From the NCBI GenBank assembly GCA_964507565.1, contig CAZDPV010000001.1, forward strand, positions 8,662-72,661: a stretch of 64,000 nt of DNA, read 5' to 3'. Source of the DNA: an uncultured Clostridium sp. (GTDB taxonomy: Bacteria > Bacillota > Clostridia > TANB77 > CAG-508). Below, in pieces: positions 18,830 through 27,607 of the stretch. The first letter of the stretch is position 1. Every line of letters begins with the position of its first letter. Made by a program: the position numbers and the translations under genes. A model generated the notes under the pieces. The model did no database searches. It saw nothing but the letters and a program-made list of their open reading frames with translations, and had not been told where the DNA came from.

Positions 18830-20173
18830 ATGCCAGAATATGTATATAGAGCAGTAGATGAAAACGGAATTATTGTAAGAAGTAGAGTACAAGAAAAAAG
18901 TAAACAAAGTGTAATAAAAAGATTAAAAGTAAATGGACTAACTCCAATAGATATAATGCAAACAAGCTTTGGAAAATATAAAAAACGTACTAAACCTTCC
19001 ACAAATATGGAAGAACTTATGAAAATTGCAAGTGCAAGCGGAAATTTACAATCAAAGAATATAAGGAAATTTACTCTAAAAGAAAAAATAAGGATGGCTT
19101 TGTCACAGCAAGAAAAAGTTACAAATAGAGATATCGTTGTTTTTACACAAAATTTTTATCTACTAAAAAAAGCAGGATTTAACAATGTTCATGCGTTATC
19201 TACATTAGTAGAGTCTACTGAGAATACAACATTAAAAGGAATACTAGAAGATATATTAGCAGGAGTTGAAGGTGGAGATTATATGTATACAACAATGGAA
19301 TATTATTCAGATATATTTCCATATATATATATAAACCTAATTAAAGTAGGAGAACTTTCAGGTTCATTAGAAGAATCTCTTTATCAAGCAATAACATATA
19401 TGGACTCTTCAACAACATTAAATAAAAAGATAAAATCAATTTTGATACCTAATATAGCTCAATTTGTGGGATTGTTTATAATTTTAATTGTAGGAAGCAT
19501 ATACATTGTACCAATTATTCAAAATGTGTTTGAACAAGTAGGAAGTACGCAAAAACTTCCAGGAATAACTCTATGGTTTTCTAATGTACTTACTCAGGTA
19601 CAAAAATTCTGGTTTATTCCTGTTATTATGATAGCCATAGCAGTTGGAGCGCTAATTGCATATATAAAAACTCCGAAGGGTAAATATAATTGGGATTACT
19701 TTAAATACAAAATGCCAATCTTTGGACAACTAGTATTTGCAATGGATTTTTCAAGGTTAACCAATGCAATGGTACTTAATCTAAAAAACGGAATGAGAAT
19801 TCAAGAATCACTAGAAGTCAGTAAAAACGTTGTAAAAAATTATGTAATGTTATCAATTATAGAAACATCAATAAATAACATAATAGTGGGAGAATCTTGG
19901 GTAAAACCATTTGAAGATTCAGGACTTCCAAGCAAGATGGTAACAGAAATGCTTAAAATAGGTATGCAAACAGATTTGCCAGCAATGATGGAAAAACTTG
20001 TAGAATATATGAATATAGATATAGATAATATTCTTCAAAAGATAATAAAGATATTACCACAAGTAATGTACTCTTTCATAGGAATATTACTAATATTCAT
20101 AACATTAGTAGTATTAGTACCTTGTATTCAGGTATATATGGGAAATTTCTTATTCGATGCAGCAGGTGTTTAA
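18830..20173 (+). CDS. pilC: Type IV pilus platform protein (GspF/PilC family)
   Basis: Two GspF-type repeats with 3-4 TM segments and a typical N-terminal YRAVDENG motif. Confidence 0.85.
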   Translation: MPEYVYRAVDENGIIVRSRVQEKSKQSVIKRLKVNGLTPIDIMQTSFGKYKKRTKPSTNMEELMKIASASGNLQSKNIRKFTLKEKIRMALSQQEKVTNRDIVVFTQNFYLLKKAGFNNVHALSTLVESTENTTLKGILEDILAGVEGGDYMYTTMEYYSDIFPYIYINLIKVGELSGSLEESLYQAITYMDSSTTLNKKIKSILIPNIAQFVGLFIILIVGSIYIVPIIQNVFEQVGSTQKLPGITLWFSNVLTQVQKFWFIPVIMIAIAVGALIAYIKTPKGKYNWDYFKYKMPIFGQLVFAMDFSRLTNAMVLNLKNGMRIQESLEVSKNVVKNYVMLSIIETSINNIIVGESWVKPFEDSGLPSKMVTEMLKIGMQTDLPAMMEKLVEYMNIDIDNILQKIIKILPQVMYSFIGILLIFITLVVLVPCIQVYMGNFLFDAAGV

Positions 20174-20180
20174 AAAACGT

Positions 20181-20210
20181 AAGAGCAATGAAAATTTCAT
20201 TGCTCTTATT
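20181..20210 (+). terminator. Stem-loop at the end of the pil operon
   Basis: AAGAGCAATGAAA / TTTCATTGCTCTT are perfect complementary arms, but the trailing T-tract is only short. Confidence 0.5.
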
Positions 20211-20238
20211 AAATAAAAGTAAATATAGGAGGGAACTA

Positions 20239-21150
20239 ATGAAAATTGGAATTGATATTGGTGGAAGCCATATAGCAACAGGTATTGTAGTAGAAAAAGG
20301 AAAATTACTCGGAAAAGAAACAAGAGATATAAATATTTCTGAAATAAAAACACAAGATAGGGTAAAAGAAATAATTATAGATATAATAGAAAATGAAATA
20401 AAAATATTACTTGATAGATATGATTATGAAGAAACAGACATTTCAAAAATTGGAATAGCTGTTCCAGGTAATCCAAGCGAAACTGAAATAAAAAATGTTG
20501 TAAACCTACATATAAAAAAATTTGAATTAGCAAAGATATTAAGCTTAAAATATAATACAAAGGTAAAAATTAAAAATGATGGCAAATGTGCAGGGCTTGC
20601 AGAAAAAGAGTATGGAAATATGAAACAATACGATGATTGTGTATTCTTATGTATTGGGACAGGAGTTGGAAGTGCAGTATTTCTAAAGGGAGAATTACTA
20701 GAGCCAAAACAGAATTCTGGATTTGAACTAGGTCATATTGTAATTGATAAGAATGGAATCAAATGTAATTGCGGAAATAAGGGATGCTTCGAAAGATACG
20801 CATCTATGAAAATATTTAAAGAGCAGTTTATAAAAGAATTTGGAATGAAAAAAAATACAGAGTCGGAAGAAATACAAAATTATATCAGAAAAAATATTAA
20901 AACAAAGAAAGTCGAACAATTTGTTGATAGTTACTTAGAAAATGTGGCTATTGGAATATCCAATATAATAAATATATTTGAGCCTGAAGCTATTTGCTTC
21001 GGAGGAAGTTTTTCATACTATGACGATATATTTTTACCAAGATTAAATGAAAAAATAAAAGAACACATATTTAATAAAGATAGTAAATTTAAGTTAATGT
21101 CTGCAAAATTAAAAAATGATGCAGGAATAATTGGTGCAACTCAAATATAA
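20239..21150 (+). CDS. ROK-family sugar kinase (glucokinase-like)
   Basis: MKIGIDIGGSHIATG ATP-binding start and the ROK zinc motif CNCGNKGCFERYAS. The start is set at the ATG after the RBS aggaggg; the listed 20122 start overlaps the pilC end and the terminator. Confidence 0.8.
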   Translation: MKIGIDIGGSHIATGIVVEKGKLLGKETRDINISEIKTQDRVKEIIIDIIENEIKILLDRYDYEETDISKIGIAVPGNPSETEIKNVVNLHIKKFELAKILSLKYNTKVKIKNDGKCAGLAEKEYGNMKQYDDCVFLCIGTGVGSAVFLKGELLEPKQNSGFELGHIVIDKNGIKCNCGNKGCFERYASMKIFKEQFIKEFGMKKNTESEEIQNYIRKNIKTKKVEQFVDSYLENVAIGISNIINIFEPEAICFGGSFSYYDDIFLPRLNEKIKEHIFNKDSKFKLMSAKLKNDAGIIGATQI

Positions 21151-21258
21151 ATTCAAAATATTATAAAATGGAATTATAGATGTTAATAAATATACAAAAT
21201 AATAAAGAAACAGCACTATAATATGAAATAAAATCATAATATAATGCTGTTTTATATG

Positions 21259-21429
21259 CTATTTATTATCTTTTTGATTTTCAGGAATTATTATCTTTCC
21301 CTTTGTATCATTTTTATGAACTTCGAAAGATAAATTATCTTTTACATCGGATATTTGCAAATCTTTAGAATTTCCTTTTACTATTTCAATTTTTTTCTTC
21401 TCTACATTTTCATCTTTTTCTTCAACCAT
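21259..21429 (-). CDS. Small hydrophilic protein, 56 aa (not in the ORF track)
   Basis: My own translation is MVEEKDENVEKKKIEIVKGNSKDLQISDVKDNLSFEVHKNDTKGKIIIPENQKDNK. An AGGAGG lies 8 nt upstream of the ATG and a hairpin follows downstream. Confidence 0.45.
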   Translation of the reverse strand: MVEEKDENVEKKKIEIVKGNSKDLQISDVKDNLSFEVHKNDTKGKIIIPENQKDNK

Positions 21430-21499
21430 TATAAAACCTCCTAAAACAAATAATTACTAATTATATTTATATCATAACAATGAAAATATTGCAACAACC

Positions 21500-21529
21500 T
21501 TGACCATTAGTGTATATAAGTGTTATAAT
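21500..21529 (+). promoter_or_regulatory. Sigma-A-type promoter with extended -10
   Basis: TTGACC (21500-21505), an 18-nt spacer, then TGtTATAAT (21521-21529). Confidence 0.5.
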
Positions 21530-21566
21530 ACAAAGTATTAAATTAGTTATGTAGCAAGGGGATAGC

Positions 21567-22142
21567 ATGGAAAAAGAAAAAATAAAAGGTGTAATTGAAG
21601 CAATATTGTTTTCAGCAGGAAGAATTGTAAAAATTGGAGAGTTAATAAGTATACTAGAAATAAATTCTGATGAAATAAATAAAATTATACAAGAAATGCA
21701 AGATGAATATTCAAAAATAGATAGAGGTTTAGAAATAGTTAGAATAGAAGACGGATATCAGTTATCATCTAAAAAAGAGTATTATGAATATTTATATCCA
21801 ATACTAGATAGAAGAATTAAGCCATCGTTGTCACAAGCATCTTTAGAGGTTTTATCAATAATAGCATATAATCCTAGAACAACAAAAGCAGATATAGAGT
21901 CTATAAGAGGAGTAGATTCAAGTGCATCAATATATAAATTACAAGAATATAACTTGATAGAACAGGCTGGAAAAGCAGATTTACCAGGAAAACCAATGAC
22001 ATACAAAACAACTGAAGAATTTTTAAAAATGTTTGGAATGCACAATTTAAAAGAATTACCAGAATTACCAAAATATAAATTTGACAGTAACAGACAAATA
22101 GTAATAGATGAAATAGTTGAAGAAAAAATAGTACAAAAATAA
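21567..22142 (+). CDS. scpB: Segregation and condensation protein B
   Basis: GVIEAILFSAGRIVKIGELISIL... and ..LSQASLEVLSIIAYNPRTTKADIESIRGV.. are the twin winged-helix ScpB signature. Confidence 0.85.
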   Translation: MEKEKIKGVIEAILFSAGRIVKIGELISILEINSDEINKIIQEMQDEYSKIDRGLEIVRIEDGYQLSSKKEYYEYLYPILDRRIKPSLSQASLEVLSIIAYNPRTTKADIESIRGVDSSASIYKLQEYNLIEQAGKADLPGKPMTYKTTEEFLKMFGMHNLKELPELPKYKFDSNRQIVIDEIVEEKIVQK

Positions 22143-22155
22143 TTTGGAGGGAAAT

Positions 22156-23427
22156 ATGAAATTATCAGAATCAGGAATAGGAACTATGAGAATAAATAAT
22201 CTTGATGAAATGTATCCAGCACAAGATATGTTATTACAATCAGGACAATTAGTACAATACGGTACAGGAATTTATGGATATAACAATATTGTTATGCTAG
22301 TAAAAAGAAAATTAGAAAGAATAATAGAAGAAGAATTAAATAAAGTAGGATGCATAGAAGTTCAATTACCAACATTACAACCAGATTCAATATGGAAAAA
22401 CTCTGGAAGATGGGATAAATATATTGATGAAGGTGTAATGCTAACTGTAGAATCAGACAAAGGAACATTTTGTTTAGCTCCAACAGCAGAAGAAGCAGTT
22501 GTTGAATTTGCAAGAGAAAAACTAAAATCATACAAACATATACCAGCAACATATTATCAAATTGGAGAAAAATACAGAAATGAAATCCGCACAAGAGGAT
22601 ATCTTTTAAGAGGTAAGTCATTTTTAATGATGGATGCATATAGCTTTGATGCAGACGCAGAAGGACTAGATAAATCATATAAAAATGTAAGAGAAGCATA
22701 CCTAAAAATAGCTCAAAGAATTGGAATGGAAATAATACCAGTAGTTGCAGATAATGGCTCTATGGGAGGAAAAAGAAGCGAAGAATTCATGCTAATTTCT
22801 CCAATTGGAGAGGATACAATTCTATATGATGAAAAAACAAAGATAGCATTAAATACAGAGATTCTAAAAAGACCAGACTACAAAGAATACTTAGAAAAAG
22901 AATATGGAATAAAAGACATCTCACAATTTAAAGAAACAAAATCTATAGAAATAGGACATATATTTCAATTAGGAACAAGATATTCAGAAATAATGAATGC
23001 AAATTTTATAGATAAAGATGGAAAAGAAAAACCTTATTATATGGGATGTTATGGTATAGGAGTAAGTAGACTAGTTGCAGCATTATACGAAGCATCCGTA
23101 ATAAAAGACAACAATGGCAATGTTACAGGAATAGCATTACCAAAGGAAATAGCTCCATACAAACTACAAATAATTCCTAAAATGGAGAATGAAGATAAAT
23201 TAAATGAAGCAATGAAACTATATGAAGAATTAGAAGAAACCGCAATAATAGATGATAGACAAAACGTTACTTTCGGAGCTAAGATTAAAGATTGCAAAAT
23301 ACTAGGAACCCCATATATGGCAATTTTAGGGGATAAAGTAGAAGATGGCAAAGTTGAATTAGAAAATTTAAGAACTGGAGAAAAACAAATAGTTTCAATA
23401 CAAGAAGTACTAGATATAGTCAAGTAA
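22156..23427 (+). CDS. proS: Proline--tRNA ligase, bacterial-type core lacking the INS editing domain
   Basis: Class II motif 2 (YRNEIRTRGYLLRGKSFLMMDAYSF), motif 3 (GCYGIGVSRLVAALYE) and an anticodon-binding end (APYKLQIIP). It is only ~423 aa, so there is no room for the ~180-aa INS domain. Confidence 0.75.
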   Translation: MKLSESGIGTMRINNLDEMYPAQDMLLQSGQLVQYGTGIYGYNNIVMLVKRKLERIIEEELNKVGCIEVQLPTLQPDSIWKNSGRWDKYIDEGVMLTVESDKGTFCLAPTAEEAVVEFAREKLKSYKHIPATYYQIGEKYRNEIRTRGYLLRGKSFLMMDAYSFDADAEGLDKSYKNVREAYLKIAQRIGMEIIPVVADNGSMGGKRSEEFMLISPIGEDTILYDEKTKIALNTEILKRPDYKEYLEKEYGIKDISQFKETKSIEIGHIFQLGTRYSEIMNANFIDKDGKEKPYYMGCYGIGVSRLVAALYEASVIKDNNGNVTGIALPKEIAPYKLQIIPKMENEDKLNEAMKLYEELEETAIIDDRQNVTFGAKIKDCKILGTPYMAILGDKVEDGKVELENLRTGEKQIVSIQEVLDIVK

Positions 23428-23462
23428 ATAACTTTAATAGATAAGAAGATACTAAATAAAGC

Positions 23463-23511
23463 GAATTCAAATTATAAAACAAAAAGTTTAATAATTTGAA
23501 TTCACTTTTTT
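23463..23511. terminator. Bidirectional terminator
   Basis: GAATTCAAATTAT / ATAATTTGAATTC are perfect 13-bp arms with a T-run after them. Confidence 0.7.
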
Positions 23512-23567
23512 ATAGATTTAGAATAATCTTTAAGATATAATAAGTAACATTTTTTATAAAATCTCAT

Positions 23568-24131
23568 TTAATTTTTTTCTTCTTTTTTAGTATTATTATC
23601 AGGAATAGTAAGAGTGCTTAGCAATTTTGGATAAATAATACTAGCATTCTTCTTCCAATTTTGGACTATATTTTGTGCTTGCTCACGGGAATATGCAAAA
23701 GTTTTAACTTCAAAAACAACTTCGCCTTCTTCAACAATTTTACATTGAACTTCATACTCGGTCTCACTTTTTGGAGTATATTCCGCAACAATGGACTGTT
23801 CATTTTCAAAGGATTCAATATTACTCTTAAAATTTGTATCAACTTTAAGTTTAATAATTCCTGGCAAAATATCTAAAGTGAGGTCAAGAGTAGTTCTACC
23901 ACTATCGGTAAGTTCATATACATTTTGCGTTTCTTTCTGAAAACAAATAATATATTTAGCATCAATTAGATCTAGTAAAAATTGTTGAAAATAAAAATAA
24001 TTCAAATCAATAGCAGAATTTACTATACTATATAATGCATCATTTGTAATAGGCTTATTAACATTACTCAAAATATAAAGAATAAGAACTTTATTTTCAG
24101 CTAATGTTTCACTATCAGACGTAATCTTCAA
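23568..24131 (-). CDS. DUF4364-like putative winged-helix regulator
   Basis: The N-terminus (ENKVLILYILSNVNKPITNDALYSIV...YELTDSGRTTL) resembles the clostridial DUF4364 family as I remember it. Not verified. Confidence 0.4.
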   Translation of the reverse strand: MKITSDSETLAENKVLILYILSNVNKPITNDALYSIVNSAIDLNYFYFQQFLLDLIDAKYIICFQKETQNVYELTDSGRTTLDLTLDILPGIIKLKVDTNFKSNIESFENEQSIVAEYTPKSETEYEVQCKIVEEGEVVFEVKTFAYSREQAQNIVQNWKKNASIIYPKLLSTLTIPDNNTKKEEKN

Positions 24132-24349
24132 AATAAATTCCTCCTAAAACGATAATATAAAAAATTTATTATATATACATTATAACATAAAAATTGTCAA
24201 AAAGCCATAGCATATATTTAAAATTGCAATAAACATTAGATTTATATAGCATTTTTTAAATAAGCACACGGAAATTTGAGCTTGACAGAAAAAATTTAAT
24301 GAATTAAAATATGTAATGAACAATAAACACTGAAAGGATGGTAATAAAA

Positions 24350-24811
24350 ATGAAAAAAATAAGAGGTTTTGAAATTGCAAAAGGATTTGAGGATAAAGGA
24401 ATAAATTTACCACAAAGAAAAACAAAATATTCAGCAGGATATGATTTTGAAGCGGCAGAAGATGTTATAGTACCAGCATTTAAACAGGGAATTGGTCCAA
24501 CTTTAATAAAAACAGGAATTAAAGCATATATGCAAGATGATGAAATGTTATGCTTATATAATAGAAGTTCAAATCCAAAGAAAAAAGGATTAGTTTTGGC
24601 AAACAGTGTAGGAATAGTAGATAAAGATTATTATGAAAATATTGATAATGATGGACATGTAATGTTTGCATTTTTTAATGTAAAAGATGTTGACGTAGAA
24701 ATAAAGAAAGGTGAGTGTATAGGACAAGGAATATTTGAAAAATACTTATTAGTAGACGATGACAATGCACAAGATGTAAGGGTAGGAGGATTTGGTTCTA
24801 CTAGAAAATAA
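24350..24811 (+). CDS. dut: dUTP diphosphatase
   Basis: Motifs AGYDF, NRSSNPKKKG, GIVDKDYY and C-terminal RVGGFGSTRK. The start is set at MKKIRG. Confidence 0.85.
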   Translation: MKKIRGFEIAKGFEDKGINLPQRKTKYSAGYDFEAAEDVIVPAFKQGIGPTLIKTGIKAYMQDDEMLCLYNRSSNPKKKGLVLANSVGIVDKDYYENIDNDGHVMFAFFNVKDVDVEIKKGECIGQGIFEKYLLVDDDNAQDVRVGGFGSTRK

Positions 24812-24868
24812 AAATACAGTATAAAACTAGGGAAGGAGTAAATATAAATCTAAAATAGACCAAAACGC

Positions 24869-24897
24869 TTTACTTAAGTCTAAAAATGTGATATAAT
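24869..24897 (+). promoter_or_regulatory. Sigma-A-type promoter with extended -10
   Basis: TTTACT, a 17-nt spacer, then TGaTATAAT (24889-24897). Confidence 0.5.
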
Positions 24898-24961
24898 AAG
24901 AGTGTGGTAAAAAGAGGCGTATTTTACTCTAATAGACCATAAATTGGAAAGGAGAATGCAT

Positions 24962-25537
24962 ATGTTTAACGTAGGTGACAATATAGTGTATCCAATGCAT
25001 GGCGCAGGTACAATTGATGCAATAGAAGAAAAAGAAATATTAGGAGAAAAACAAAAATATTACATAATAAATATGCCTGGAGAAGTTAAGGTAATGGTAC
25101 CAACTTCTAAAGCAGAAAATATGGGAGTAAGAAACATAATAGATGAGCAAGGTGCTACTAAGGTTTTACAATTATTAGAACAAGATGAGACAATAATGTC
25201 GAACAACTGGAATAAAAGATATAGAGACAATCTAGATAAAATGAAAACAGGAGATATATATGAAATAGCTGATGTTGTTAGAAACTTAAGCTTTAAACAA
25301 AAAGAAAAAGGCACATTATCTACTGGAGAAAAGAAGATGCTTAGCAATGCAAAACTTATATTAGTAAGCGAATTAGTATTAGCAGAACATGCATCAAAAG
25401 ATGAAATTGAACAATTAGTAGATAATAAGATAGAGATGTCTTATAAAGAGTATAGAGTTCCAACAGAATCAAAAATAAATTTACAGCAAAATGCAGTAAG
25501 TAAGTTTATTCCTTTCAATGGAACTACTAGTCTATAA
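24962..25537 (+). CDS. carD: CarD/CdnL-family RNA-polymerase-binding regulator
   Basis: MFNVGDNIVYPMHGAGTIDAIEEKEILGEKQKYYII is the CarD_TRCF RID domain. An RBS (aaaggag) lies 7 nt upstream. Confidence 0.85.
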   Translation: MFNVGDNIVYPMHGAGTIDAIEEKEILGEKQKYYIINMPGEVKVMVPTSKAENMGVRNIIDEQGATKVLQLLEQDETIMSNNWNKRYRDNLDKMKTGDIYEIADVVRNLSFKQKEKGTLSTGEKKMLSNAKLILVSELVLAEHASKDEIEQLVDNKIEMSYKEYRVPTESKINLQQNAVSKFIPFNGTTSL

Positions 25538-25807
25538 AATTCAATATAATAAATTAAAAAGATACATAAATGGCTTTTAATTGCAAAACACAATTAAAAG
25601 AATAATCAGTATCTTTTTTTTGCTCAAAAATAGGAATATAAAATGAGAAAATAATAAATCAAAAATAGAAAAATGTAATCTAAAATAAAAACGAAAAAAA
25701 GAAGTTCCAATAAAAAATTTACATAAATAATTGTCAAATTGAAAAATAAGAAGGATTTAGATTAGATTTGTCGAATATAATAAATATAAGAATAGAAAGG
25801 TAGAATA

Positions 25808-27598
25808 ATGGCACGATATAGTGATGAATTATTAGACGAAATTAGAAGTCGTAATGATATAGTTGATGTTGTGTCACAATATGTGGCATTAAAGCGAAAA
25901 GGCAGAAACTTTTTTGGATTATGTCCTTTTCACAATGAAAAGTCACCATCTTTTTCAGTATCACCAGATAAGCAAATATTTCATTGCTTTGGTTGTGGGG
26001 TAGGAGGTAATGTATTTCATTTTATTAGTAAAATAGAAAACGTTAATTTTATAGAAAGTGTGCAAATCTTAGCAGACAGAGCAGGAATAGAATTACCAAC
26101 ATCATTTAATCAAGAAGACGATAGAATTTCAAAATTAAAATCGAAAGTATATGAGGTAAACCAATCTGCGGCAGAATTTTATCATCAGAATCTATATAAA
26201 ATAACTTCAAAAGAAGCCCAAGAATACATAAAAAAAAGAAGATTAGATAATAATACATTAAAGTCATTTCTAATTGGATATGCGGGAGATAATAATGAAT
26301 TATTTTTCTATTTAAAAGAAAAAGGTTTTAAAGAAGAAGAAATGATAGCTTCAAGTCTTATTGGAAAATCTGAAAATGGAAGATTCTACGATAAGTTTAG
26401 GCACAGGGTAATGTTTCCAATACAAGATATAAGAAATAGAGTTATAGCATTCGGAGGAAGAGTACTAGATGATAGTAAACCAAAATACATAAACTCACCA
26501 GAAAATATTGTATACAGCAAAGGAAAAAACTTATTTGGACTAAATGTTGCAAAAAGACAGACAAATGGAATGCTAAAAAGAATTTTAATAGTTGAAGGTT
26601 ATATGGATGCAATTTCGTTATATCAAAGGGGAATTACAAATGTTGTAGCATCCCTTGGTACAGCACTTACAGACAATCAAGGTAGATTATTACGAAAAAA
26701 TAGTGAACAAGTAATTCTAGGATATGATGCAGATGGAGCAGGTCAAAATGCAATAATGAGGGGGATGGAAATTCTAAAAAATATGGGAGTAGACATTAGA
26801 GTCCTTCAGATAAGTGGAGCGAAAGATCCAGATGAGTTTGTAGTAAAGTATGGACCAGACAGATTTAAGAAATGTATGGATGATGCTATTTCAATAGTAG
26901 AATATAAAGTCAAAAATTTAAAGAAGGATTTAGACTTAGAAAATACAAGTGATAAAATTAAATTTTTAAATGAAATAGCAAAAACACTTTCAGAAGTTGA
27001 AAATACAATGGAAAGAGAAGTTTATGTGGACAAGTTATCCAAAACATACAAAATATCAAAAGAAGCAATATATGCAGAAATAAATAAACTACTTTATAGA
27101 AATACCTCTAAGCCTCAAATCTTAGAAAAATCAACAATAACTGTAAAAAAAGTAGAAGATAATAAAATTGATGCAGGTACAAAAAGAAGAGAACAAATAA
27201 TTATTTATTTACTGATAAATAATCCAAAGGAAAGTTTTGAAGAATTGAAAAGCATTGTTACAGTCGATTTAATAAAGGATGAAACAAATAAAAAAATCAT
27301 AGAAGAAATATATGCTAAATTGCAAGAAGGAAAAGATACAGAAAATATACTAGACTGGTTTGAAGATGAGAAGATAGTTAATTATATAAGCGGAATTCTT
27401 GCCTATGACTTTGAAATAGGAGATATAGTAAAGGCAATAGAAGATATGAAGAAAAGCTATTATAAGGAAAGCAAAATTCAAAAGAGAAATGAAATAATAA
27501 AAAAATTAGAAAATAGAGAGGAATTAACTAAAGAAGAAACAGCTAAATTGGAAAGTGATTTAAATAATATAATTATAGATTTAGCAAGAATAAAATAG
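25808..27598 (+). CDS. dnaG: DNA primase
   Basis: Zinc finger CPFHNEKSPSFSVSPDKQIFHCFGCGVGG, a TOPRIM domain (EGYMDAISL, GYDADGAG) and a C-terminal helicase-binding region. Confidence 0.95.
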   Translation: MARYSDELLDEIRSRNDIVDVVSQYVALKRKGRNFFGLCPFHNEKSPSFSVSPDKQIFHCFGCGVGGNVFHFISKIENVNFIESVQILADRAGIELPTSFNQEDDRISKLKSKVYEVNQSAAEFYHQNLYKITSKEAQEYIKKRRLDNNTLKSFLIGYAGDNNELFFYLKEKGFKEEEMIASSLIGKSENGRFYDKFRHRVMFPIQDIRNRVIAFGGRVLDDSKPKYINSPENIVYSKGKNLFGLNVAKRQTNGMLKRILIVEGYMDAISLYQRGITNVVASLGTALTDNQGRLLRKNSEQVILGYDADGAGQNAIMRGMEILKNMGVDIRVLQISGAKDPDEFVVKYGPDRFKKCMDDAISIVEYKVKNLKKDLDLENTSDKIKFLNEIAKTLSEVENTMEREVYVDKLSKTYKISKEAIYAEINKLLYRNTSKPQILEKSTITVKKVEDNKIDAGTKRREQIIIYLLINNPKESFEELKSIVTVDLIKDETNKKIIEEIYAKLQEGKDTENILDWFEDEKIVNYISGILAYDFEIGDIVKAIEDMKKSYYKESKIQKRNEIIKKLENREELTKEETAKLESDLNNIIIDLARIK

Positions 27599-27607
27599 GG
27601 AGGAATT

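Noticed and set aside
20122-20238. An N-terminal extension of the ROK kinase ORF (listed start 20122).
   Set aside because: The extension overlaps the pilC 3' end and runs through the operon-end hairpin. A good RBS (aggaggg) precedes the internal MKIGIDIGG start at 20239.
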